DNA of 64,000 bases from Perna viridis (Eukaryota). The stretch lies in the NCBI GenBank assembly GCA_037379345.1, contig CM074518.1, forward strand, positions 806,001-870,000, in the 5' to 3' direction. The position numbers were made by a program, and so were the translations under genes. The notes beneath the pieces were generated by a model, which saw only the letters and a list, made by a program, of their open reading frames with translations, was not told the DNA's origin and did no database searches. Position 1 is the stretch's first letter; every line of letters begins with the position of its first letter. Positions 1-11,600 of the stretch are shown here, piece by piece.

Positions 1-365
1 CCTAAGAGCCTATTATTTTAAATACATTTAGTTGCTGAGATGCCTTCCTGCAGATAACACTGATATGATAATCAAAATTTAACTGACAGTCAATCTTTAT
101 TCGTAGTAATTTCACCATTGTTTAGCAAGTGAGGACTGAATTTTGATAGGATTTTTTCTCAGATGTCTTCTTCCCCACTGCAAGAATTTGAAATTTATTA
201 GGGTCTGCCTGCATATTATTAAACTGAATCAATCTATCAAAACTTGAGACTTAGATTCAAGAGTAGAGTTTAACCTATCAAAATCATGGTTACAAAAAGA
301 CAAGGTATTATCGTTTGCATAATTATCCAATATCAAATTTTAGCTATACAAAATATGCCGAAAAT
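1..365 (-). mobile_element. Degenerate CR1/L2-group LINE reverse transcriptase fragment
   Basis: The minus strand reads NYANDNTLSF (YADD equivalent)...NNMQADPNKFQ...IDCQLNFDYHISVICRKASQQLNV, with a stop and a frameshift. Confidence 0.7.
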
Positions 366-367
366 TG

Positions 368-653
368 TATATCACAACTCATACGTTATTCAACGGGTCA
401 TGTCATAGTTTTCCTGAGCAACTCGGCGGGTGTTTCTAGAAAAGCAGAGGACGCTTACCATACCGGTGCACCTGGTCCATGCTCCCAGTTTTTAGTGGAG
501 TCCGAGTTGCTCATTTACTTTTGTTACTTTGTATGTATGATTTTAGTTACTTTATGTTCTTTGTTGCGTATGTCTGTTTTCCATGTCTGGTCTTTGTCCC
601 TGGATTACATTCTTTTGGTTACCGCTATAACCTTGGTTCCCTTGATTACTCTT
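368..653 (+). mobile_element. Penelope-like element 3' fragment, copy 1 (internally deleted)
   Basis: Begins with ISQLIRYS (PLE RT C-terminal motif). Near-identical to 44900-45186 and to the reverse complement of 53713-54040, and shares the 3' end CCCTTGATTACTCTT. Confidence 0.7.
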
Positions 654-784
654 TGAGTATTCTTGTAGCCGTGCTCTGTACGTTTTCTATTTGTACCGCT
701 ATTTTATTGTTTATGGCCGACCATATTGAGCTCCCTTACTCTAGATAGGGACGCACTACATTCTTATAAAGCGCAAGAAACATA

Positions 785-1720
785 TTTTTATCTATATACT
801 TGAATGTTCTGTTGATCATTCCTGATTTTTGGTTGGCTTTTTTTAACTTGTAAGTTAGTATGAACCTGGAAATATAATTTCCCGTCTATAGTTATGCCAA
901 GGTCTTTTTCTTGTGTAGTAGTCTCAATGATTTCTTTGTTCATGGTGTATTGTGCTCCGTTATCTTGACCTAGGTGGAGATGCTTACATTTTGATTTGTT
1001 GAATTTGAGAAGCCATTTATCCGACCAGTCCATTAGGCTATCAATATCACTCTGCAAGCTGCTCTGATCGTCGTTTGTATTCACTTTTTCGTAAAGTTGT
1101 GTATCGTCCGCAAATAGCTTTGTTATATTTTCGATTGCATTTGGGAGGTCATTGATGTAGATCGTAAACAGGATAGGACCGAGCACACTCCCCTGTGGAA
1201 TGCCACTTGTGACCTGAGTCCATTCTGAGTGTTCACCATTGAGTACGACCCGTTGTTTTCTATCTGACAGAAAATGTTCTATACATTTCAATAGTTTCCC
1301 AGAAACATTATAACTCTTTAATTTGTGAATAAGACGCTGGTGCGGAGCTGTATCAAAAGTCTTCTGGAAATTGAGGTATATACAATCTAAATAGCATTTT
1401 GTTTATCTAGCTCTTCCGTCCATTTTTCCCATAACTTCTATAAGTTGAGTGACACAGGATCGACCTTTTCTGAAACCATATTGGTGCTTGGTAAAAAGTT
1501 TGCTTGTTTCCATATAATCTACCAGTTGGTCCCTCACTACTTTCTCTAAGGTTTTACAGATGATTGAAGTTAAGCTTATTTGTCTATAGTTGGAGGCTTC
1601 ATGTTTTTGACCCTTCTTGTGTATCGGTGTGATATTGGCGGTTTTCCAAACTTCAGGCAGTTTACCGGTTTCTAAAGACATTTTGAATATGTTTGTTACT
1701 GGTTTGGTAATGCTATCTAC
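785..1720 (-). mobile_element. CR1-type non-LTR retrotransposon RT fragment (frameshifted)
   Basis: ORFs 1403-1681 and 788-1291 give WKTANITPIHKKG..NYRQISLTS..QYGFRKGRSC and SGIPQGSVLGPILFTIYINDL..LFADDT. Confidence 0.92.
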
Positions 1721-1734
1721 TAACTATCTGCTAA

Positions 1735-2285
1735 CTAAATAACAAAATGTTTAGAATACAGTGTGATGTTGACTCCGCAAGATTTAAGGAACTAATTGAC
1801 TTAGGCAAACCGTCAAACTTATGGAAATACGGTCTCCTTTCATCTTTGTGCTTGCAAACAGCCAAGAAAATATCAAAACTATGGACTTTATCAATCACAT
1901 CCGGGAATTGTCAGTTATGTGCTTCATATTCAAATGATATATTACTGCATCAAATTTCAAACTGTCCAGTCTTAAATGACAATCGACAATTAATGAACGG
2001 AAAGCTGTATTGTCTTCTGGGACACAACATCTACAGTGAACTTTTGAAGTTTGACAATATAACACAATGCAACATTCTTCTAGGAGCAAGTTGGACTCAC
2101 GCTGATCCAGACATTATCTTATCCGCAACTTGTCCATTTCTTGTGAACTGCACTCTCTAAAGACGTGCCTGTATATACATTTCTATTTTGATTAACATTA
2201 ATTTGTCCATTTACATTATGTAATTGTATTTATATGTCATATCTAGATCTCCCATAGGAGGAATTAAAGTTATGTATGTATGTCT
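1735..2285 (+). mobile_element. Probable 3' end of a LINE (C-terminal Cys/His region, 3' UTR, TATG microsatellite tail)
   Basis: ORF 1747-2160 has a CQLC...HQISNC zinc-knuckle-like motif, followed by ATTAAA and (TATG)n at about 2263-2285. Confidence 0.5.
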
Positions 2286-2654
2286 ATTATTTATTTGCAT
2301 GCTTCGTTGTTATATTATCTTAACCTCAATAGAGCTTATGTTTATCATTATGTATTTTATGCGAGATAATTTGAACATTTGAGCATCACATGCACACAAC
2401 TTTATGAGAATTATGGATGGTTTTCTCACGAAACCAGGATGAGTATATTAAAAACTTCTTCAAATGTTAATTTCTCAAAATGCATGACGCTGCGACGGTG
2501 TTTAGTATTCCGTTTCGGACAATTTCACAAGAGTGTTAACTGCAGTCTGACGATTTTTATACCGACTAATTTTATGCTATCACCGCCGTCTGTCACGTTC
2601 TCATTTACTTGAAATGAACACTCCACTGTAGTCGCCCAAATCAACACAGACATC

Positions 2655-5600
2655 ATGAGTATACCGGTTTTTATAGATTTGCCCATAAATGAGCAGGTAA
2701 AATGCTAAATAACAAACCAGAGGACTTGTTTTCACTTTTAAAAAGCGAAGCTTAAATTGAATTTAGTTGGAGAGATTATGCTCATCCTCTAATTTCTTGA
2801 CATATGTATACTGTAGTATACTCGACGTCACATACAACACATTTTCGAATTGAAGCTCTATTTATTAAACCGTCGGGACTTACCACTAGAGTTGTCTCTC
2901 TTTTATTTAATGTGAAGATAGTTCGCTTATATGCATGACGTGTTAATACCAACGAGTTGCTTATTAGCTTAAAAATCATGCGTAACAAATCCTTACGGGA
3001 AAATCCCATACTAATATCCACCATGTTGGTTTCTAGGGGATGATTTGTTTACAAACGAAGTTCGTAAGTTCCCGTCGAACTCCGGTGACAATCGTCTGCT
3101 TGATCAACTTCTTGGTATTGTACGTTGTTCGCGTAAAATAAATCCGAGATATCCGAAATAACGTGAAATGCATTCTGGGTTCTTCAGGTTTTGGACAAAC
3201 CATTTAAACGTAAACAACATCTCCTAGCAACCCAATCACTGTAAACATGGCGGACTTTTTACAATGTAAATATTGGCACCGAAAATTAAAATCTGACCAG
3301 AATTTAACGATTCAATGTTTAGGGAGAAGCCGTTTGGCTAAACGAATGAGTAAGTCATTTAAGACAATTTAAATGATGGTAGGTGTCAATAAAGTCGTAG
3401 AAAATATTTTTATTCAAATTTTAACAGTATCTTATTTATGTGACGCCGAGTATAGTATACCATGATGTTTACAGACTGAACAAAGTTATTCCCTATACCT
3501 TATTACAATAAGGTATAATATGAGGCATGTGAAACCTGAACCACTTCTGAAGAAACATAAATTCACGCCACCTTCCTTTTGTAAGCCCTTTTTTATTATT
3601 AAAATCTTTCAAATGCTCCAAAATGTCTATGGCAGTATGTGCCATTGGCATTGCTAGAATAGATGTATTTTCACTTGTGGATGCCATTGACGAAGATAAC
3701 ATATTTTCCTGTTGTTTTCTTACTGAAAATGGATGTTTTTTCCTGTTAAAATGCTTTGTTAAAGATTATCACTTTCTGGTTAAGATCCAACATTTTTCTC
3801 TTCGAAGAAGCCACTTTTCGAAATAGATTTTTTCTAGCAATTATGTAAACAGTATTTACCTCATGAACGAAGATTATTTTTTTAATTGTTTTGAACGAGA
3901 TTGAAAAATGTCAACTTTTAGTTTTTGCCCAAGTAACAAGAATGTCGCTGTACACAGGGATTTGGGTTTGGGGGGATAGGTCTTTGATGGTCGTTAGTCA
4001 TGTTTTACAGGTTGTTGCAATATAGAGGTAAAATGCATTGGAAATGTCTTGTTTCTTGGGAAGGATAAAAAAAAGGTTGGTAATGGCAGGAGGTTGTTCT
4101 ATAGGGAGGGGGTTGCTAGTACAGGTTTTGTTGTATTTAGAATCCATTGTAAACACACACGTGAGTGTGCTCTTGGCCATGGACTAGCATCGACTTATCT
4201 GACAAATTGGACCTACTATGTTTTTTTCATTGATTTTAGTAAAAAAATCTGCAATTTGACTTATTCTCCAGATCCACTTGTAGGTCCAAAACTATGGTAT
4301 ACAGGAATGAAGCTGCCATGATGATATTTTGCAGCTCCTTAAACTTTTGTTCACCGCAAACATTGTAACAGATGTGTACAGTAACAAGAACTTTTTCTCT
4401 ATGAAAAATTCTCAGACTTCCATTTGTAAACAACCATGTCATAAGAGGTCTGACAGAATAATGATGATTTGTTAAAATTATTTTTATACAATGACAGACT
4501 AATGGGAAATCTTGAAGGCCATGTAAATATATGATTTTTAACCTGATTTCCTCCAGTACATTCTGATTGAAAAGATTTTGTGGAGTAGTTTATTTAAAGT
4601 GTCAAGTACATTACATTTCATACAAATCATAGTTAGATGTCTTTTGAATTTCTTTCTGCAAGTGTACATACATGTGTGTGATATAGTTTATCAATTTGTA
4701 AAGAAAAAAATACAACCAGGGTTCTCCATGACCTCTTTTTGCATAGCGCTGTACTATGAAAACAAAAAAGGGCCACATGTTCATTTGGTGTGCACCATGT
4801 ATTCAAATTTTATGTCATGCATTGCAAATCGGCACAGTATTTCTCAGTTACTCCTGCTTATTAATCACCTATACCTGGCATAAATCAATATGATTGGCAC
4901 ATGTGTTTATTCTTATGGCAATACAATGTGAGATGGGTAATTTACGGGGGGGGGGGTTACGTGTCAGGGAGTGAAATGCATGTGTAAACAAATCTCTTAT
5001 CTGTCAAATTTGCGATAATCACCGTCTGCAAAATCATTAAGAATCAAATAAGCCGAATGATTTTTACTGTTTTTTTTTAATGAACAAAATTTGATAACTT
5101 TTCATTTGATAATATAAAAAGTATCAAGAGTTTAATTCAATTTGACAAAGAGCCTTGTGATTGGAGAGGGAGGAAGACAATCTTGATATATACAACAATG
5201 CCTTAATGATCTTGGCATTTATCTGACACAGATAAGCAATCCAATTTGCCTAACTTTTATGAAAGGGTGATGGAATGACTCCCTAAAGCTTTAAAAGATT
5301 GTTTAATGACGAAAACAATATATGACTGTCTTAAGTTCCGATGGTTAAATTATAAAATACATATAAATTAATTTGAGATAAATACTGTAATCTGATTGGT
5401 TAAAATAATTTTGTTATATATCAATGGATAAAAAAATATTGGCATGCCCTATTCAGTTAAATTCAGAGCTACTTTTTTCAAGTTTAAAGATAAAAATATG
5501 TTTTAATAACATAAATTTTCCATGTGCATATTTTGTCTATTGCATGTCGCACAATAAACAATATGTGCATGGAAAATTTATGTTATTTTTCAATAGACAA

Positions 5601-8600
5601 AATTTTTATCATAGCCAATTCTTAAATATTTATTTAGCTCTAACACAGTTACAATAAGTGGTTTTGGCCAATCTTAAAATTACATGAATTGAACATATTT
5701 AACATGTGTTATATATAATGTATAGTAGTTACAAATGTAGCTTACTGAATTGAAGTTATAAAGGGTTATCAATTGATAAGACTTTTTTCTTTTTTCCATG
5801 CAGATATGAAATTGGAAGACAACCTCAGTAATTTAGGATTTTTACTGTTATACAATATACTTAGCTTTTTTATAATATTGAACATTTCGAAGTTTTTATA
5901 TAAAGAAGAAATTTTCAGTTTTAGTTCATTTCTTACTGTGTTGAATAGATCACACTCAAATAAGAAATGTTCTTTGTCTTCAGTGTTAATATGGCATACA
6001 GGGCATATTCTATTGTTCTTTTGGAATATTAAGCTGATGAGAGCTAATTCTTATTTTGGATATCATGGATCTCTCGGCCAGTTTAGACACATCATCTATA
6101 TAATTTAGTCTAGTTCCAGACTTATAAAGTTTTCTATAAAAAGATAATTTTGAGGAATTACTGATGAATTATGAAATTTGTTCTTGTAAATATTGATCTG
6201 ATATTCTTTGTTTAATCATTGGTAGATTTATTTTTAGTGCACTTGGGTTATTCATTAAATAGCCAAAGCCCAAGGTATCTAGTAACCTTATGGTATTACT
6301 TGTCCAAGTGTTTGAATCCTTTGTAATATTAAAAATTAGGTATAAAAGAGTAGTATTATTGGAATAAATATGATTTAGAAGTCCAATGATTGAAAAATTA
6401 ATTTTACATTGCAGGGACAATCTACATAGCTCTGCATGACAAGCATAGTTGCAAGATTTACAGTTAAACTTCAAGTAGTTCTTTAAAAAATTTAGTATGG
6501 AATTTTTCAAGGTGATTTGATGTGTTCTTTATAAGTAATTCATTTCCCCAAATTTCACTGCAGTAAAGCATACATGTAATTGGAGAAACTGAAGAGTCAA
6601 AAAGTTTCTCTAAAAGTCTACATGGGTTGTTTAATCCAATAACTTTCTTAATTTTGAAATAGGCTTTTCTAGCTTTGTCAATAAAAATATCTATTGCTAA
6701 ATTGAAATTTCCATTGTATTTAATGGTTAAACCCAAATATGTATAATGTGTTACAGTTTCAAGAGGTAAATTGTTATAAATGAATGAATTTTCACATGTT
6801 TTACCATTAGAATTAAGATAATAACTTTAGATTTGTCTGCATTGACCTCAGGTTTCCATGATTTACAATAAGAGTGCAATTTATCTAAACAATGTTGTAA
6901 ACCAGACTGACTTTCTGACAATATAACAATGTCATCAGCATATAGGAGAATGTTAAATGAGGATTCTTCTGTGATCACTGGATCTGTCTCTGGATGATCA
7001 ATATGTTTTGTTAAATCATTAATAAAGAAATTAAATAAAATAGGGCTTCGAACATCTCCTTGTTTCACTCCACGCTCGGAGGGAAAGATTGGATTTAGAC
7101 CATTATCAAATTTAATTCTGAATGATGTATTTGTATACATTGATATGAGAATATTTTATATTAACGGTGGGAATTTATTTTTTAGAATTTTATAGAAAAG
7201 CTCTTTTCTCCACATGGTATCAAAAGCCTTTTTAAGGTCTATAAATGCTGCAAAAGCTTTTTTGTGTTTTGATTTTTTTGCATTGACAATTGATTTTAAT
7301 GTAAATAAGTTTTTAAGACTTTTTTCTTTGAATCCAATTTGGTTTGTACTTAGAAGGTTACTTGTTTTTTATAAAATATAAGATTTTGTTAAGTATGACT
7401 TTGTTGAAAAGTTTTCCAAGGTTAGATGTGATTACCTGTAATTACCGGGATCACCTTTTTTTATGTATTAGCACTAAGTAGCTTTCGCTCCATATTTTTG
7501 GGAACGAGCCACTTTAAAATACTATATTACATAGTTTATGAAGTGGTTTTATTAGAAAGTCTACAGCATTCTTAATCATTTTGTTTGAATTCATATCAGA
7601 TAAGGTTGATTTCCTATTTTTGAGTGAACTAATAGCTTTTTTAATACCATCTATCTTGATTTCCTCTTCATATTTGAAAGTGAAAGATGATTCATGTTTT
7701 AGTTCATTAAATAGTTTATTATATTCATCATCTATATTGTTTTGAAAGTTAATGTTATTATCATTTTCCTTATTTAAGTTATTTAAGGTCTTATAAAATT
7801 CAGTAAAAGTATTAAGAGGAATATTTGTCTACCAGTGATTTCTTTAGAGCTGTGGGCTGGGGAAGAGTTCTCTAGAGCTGTGGGCCTATGGCCTGGGGAA
7901 GAGTTCTTTAGAGCTGTGGCCTGGGGAAGAGTTCTCTAGAGCTGTGGCCTGGGGAAGAGTTCTTTAGAGCTGTGGGCTGGGGAAGAGTTCTCTAGAGCTG
8001 TGGGCCTATGGCCTGGGGAAGAGTTCTCTAGAGTGTGGGCTTGGGGAAGATTTCTCTAGAGCTGTGGTCCTATGGCCTAGGGAAGAGTTCTTTAGAGCTG
8101 TGGCCTGGGGAAGAGTTCTCTAGAGCTGTTGGCCTGGGGAAGAGTTCTCTAGAGCTGTGGGCCTATGGCCCAGGGAAGAGTTCTCTAGAGCTGTGGCCTG
8201 GGGAAGAGAAAACTATTATTACATGTATAATATCAACCTTAGAAGTCAAAACTACCCAATTATCTTCTATTAAAATTCATCTACAGTAAATGCCTCTGAA
8301 ATGAAATCCTAGCAATATCACAAGAACCTATAAGCTATAAACATCATGTAATACATGTTATTAAAACTTATGAATATAGTACAATGGAAGTATACCATGA
8401 AGGGATGAATCATTGATATAGAATTCAGTGATATCTGTATACTAATTCTAGGCACTTACATTTCAGGTTCTGGAACTACGTGGATATTTGAAGGGAGTAG
8501 GTGCTGATATATCTGCTGAAGCTTTAGAAGGAAACAATTTAGGAGACCTCCGTCAAATAATTGAAGCAAGCAAATTTTTGTGGGAAAATTTAAACAATGA

Positions 8601-11600
8601 TGCTGGTAAGAAATCTAAATGTGTGAAATCTTGTAGTCTAAGTCATTTTCTGTGGGTTATCTCACCAATGTTGGATTGTGTGAAGAAGTCCGAAAACTGA
8701 TCCTACCATATGGATAGCACAGTGTACATCTCACCAATGTTGGTTATGTTAGAAGGAATGGGGATTTTTCTTTATCAAAAAATGGCTGTCTCAGAATATG
8801 GGTTCAGTGTTCCCTGACAAATTAACTCAGTCATGAATAAATCAAAGAGTTATTGCCCATTTTTCTAAAGTTTCTGTGCTTCCTTTGTAATTTCTGTCAT
8901 TCTTAACATTTCAGTTAATAACAAATCAACATTATTTTTTTTTTATAAAACACAAGTTTGTGACATCAAATGGATGACAAATTTTTGGAAACCAAATTTG
9001 ACATGTGGTACCCACTGCCTGGGTCTTTCATGGACACCCTCTGAAAAACTTCCTTAGAACATGCAGCTTTGCTGTCCTTGGAGCAGAATACAGGAAAAAA
9101 AATTATATCTCCAAAACTGTTAGGTTTAGTCAAATTCTTTCATTTGCTGCAATGATCCTTATTATAAGGCTAACAAAAGTCTCTAGGGATAAAAATTGTC
9201 AGATGACTCCATGTAAGAGTTACTGCCCTTGAAAAATAGTGAAAAATGATTTTTTTTTCTGAAATGATCCTTTTGATAAGTCCTACTAAAGTCTTCTTGA
9301 GTCAAAAATTGTTGGACATATTGTCAAATTGATTGCCCTTAAAAGGTGAAATTTAACAAGGTGAGCCATTCAGGCTCTTAGGAGCCTCTTGTTTAGATAC
9401 TCAACATACTAAAGTGTTATATGAATGATTTTGCATCTTTGAAATTGGGATCAGCTCACCAGCCAATGCTGGTAAAAGTAGCAGCTGGCTTGCAGAAACT
9501 TAGCTTCCAAGCCAGTGTATCCTATATGAAGTTCTTTTTAGATTAAGGGCTGGGGCTTGTTGTTTGAAGACTGATATTGTTCTCTGACTTTTTATTACAT
9601 TATCACAAAAAAAGTGATAAATATAAATAAATATTGATGTTATTCATTTAATTAGCTTTAAAATCAATACCTTAACATTTTACTGTGCAGTTAAAGAATA
9701 TGGTGAAAGATAGATATAAATTTCATAATAGGTTGAAAATGCCCTGCACATTTTAATTTTATTTATATAAACATAATAAATTGTATAAATGTAGCCAGTC
9801 AAAACTGACGTCTCTTATCACATTAATTTAATATTGGGTTTGTATCTATCATATGTCGAGTGTATTTCAACAACAAAAATGGTGAGATGTATCTGTCTAC
9901 TTACTGTTTAGATCTTTAACGTTATGGTGCTCCATCTGGAATTACCTGGTACATTGTATCTGTCTATTTACTGTTTAGATCTTTAACGTTATGGGGCTCC
10001 ATCTGGAATTGCCTGGTACATTGTAGTATCTGTCTACTTACTGTTTACATATGTAAATCTTTAACATTAGGGGCTCCATCTGGAATTACTTGGTATCTGT
10101 TAGTTTATTGGATAAAATTAAATCCTGCTTAAATTTCTCTTCTGAAAAATTACATTTAATGAATATACATACATGTATTTGTATTGTCATAATATGACCT
10201 GCACTATTACTACAGATTAAGGCTACACTTAAAATAATATTCATTTCCCCACACCGAATCCTAGCTTCTGGCTTTGGGTAGATTGGTAGGGAAAATTTTT
10301 TCCCTTAAGTTCATATGATTCTGTAAAAACCGTAGGTAGGGTAAGGGGAAACAAACTTCATTTTAATTTTCGCCTAATGCTATTTTTATAATTCATTTTC
10401 TGTTAGATGTGGAAATGACTATAAATAGCATTATCTCTCTGATACTGGTGCTGCCACCTGCACAGATTCAAGAACCAGTACTTCAGTTTTGTGAAGCTGT
10501 TGGAAAGTCAAATAGTGGAGATAAAAGAGCAGGATTAAGAATGAAACTGTAAGTACACCTTTCTTGTATCACAAGAACTTGGCTATGATAATACATGTAC
10601 TATCTTTAAAGTATAAATTAATATCAGTCATTTGAATGAAAAAAATATTGTTAACTGTAACTCTGTTATTGCTGAACTGCCATTTTTAAAGATACAGACT
10701 ATAATTTTTCTGTTTTTAGCTTTCCTTAATAGTCTTTCAAGATTTTAACATTTGTTTTGCTTTTAGTAAGATGTATGGGAGGATGTTATTCTGTTATATT
10801 ATTGTTTTATGCTGCAATTGATAAAAAAAATTGTGTGTTTAATATTTTTTAGGTAACTTTATAGAAGCCTCAGTGTGTAACATTTCCTGTACTGTATTAA
10901 CAACTTGTACTTTTTATAGGTTAACAAATTTATTTTCTGGATTGGATGAAAAGAGTTCCTCTCGAGCAGATGTTTACCTCACTCTGATAAAACTTGGTCA
11001 TCAATGTGATTTACTGAGCATGGTCAACACAAACTTACAGATGGTTAGTGTTCTAGTGACCTTTGACATTTACCCAGGTCCTATTAAAATTAACAAATAG
11101 CCATCAACTCTGTAAGAAAACCAAAATATGTGCATAGTGTTGTAGAGATGTGAGAAAAATGCCCTTCAGAAAATTTACCCAATTAACCCTAATTAAATTG
11201 AAAGTTGTAGAAGATCCAGTCTCGCATTAGGGATTATTTTTAGTTTCTAGAGAATCCATTTAATGTTTACCCCCTTGCTATTGTACTTGTCAAGTTTTTA
11301 TGTACATTTTAGGTGAAGAAATGGTCTAAACAGTGGGATATATCCAACACAAAGTTACAAAATATTCTCAGAAGTTTACATGATGCACTGTTAGATGCTA
11401 AAACAAGGTAATAATAGGGATTCAAAGAAAAAAAACATTTTTCTGCTTTCCACACATTAACTCGAGTATCTATGAAATTGTACAATGTTCTCTACCATGA
11501 AAAAGAAGGTTGGGATTGATTCAATGGATTATAGAATTAGGCACTTAAACAGGATAAAAACAACAAAGTTCAATGAAGTCAGTAAAGGTGAACAGATCTC

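Noticed and set aside
315-748. Hydrophobic membrane-like ORFs (also 44960-45151 and 53707-53952)
   Set aside because: They are translations of the T-rich PLE 3' non-coding repeat.
4318-4566. C/D-box snoRNA-like ATGATGA...CTGA pairs in eIF3m intron 1
   Set aside because: No convincing terminal stem or recognisable rRNA guide; such motifs are frequent in AT-rich DNA. snoscan would be needed.
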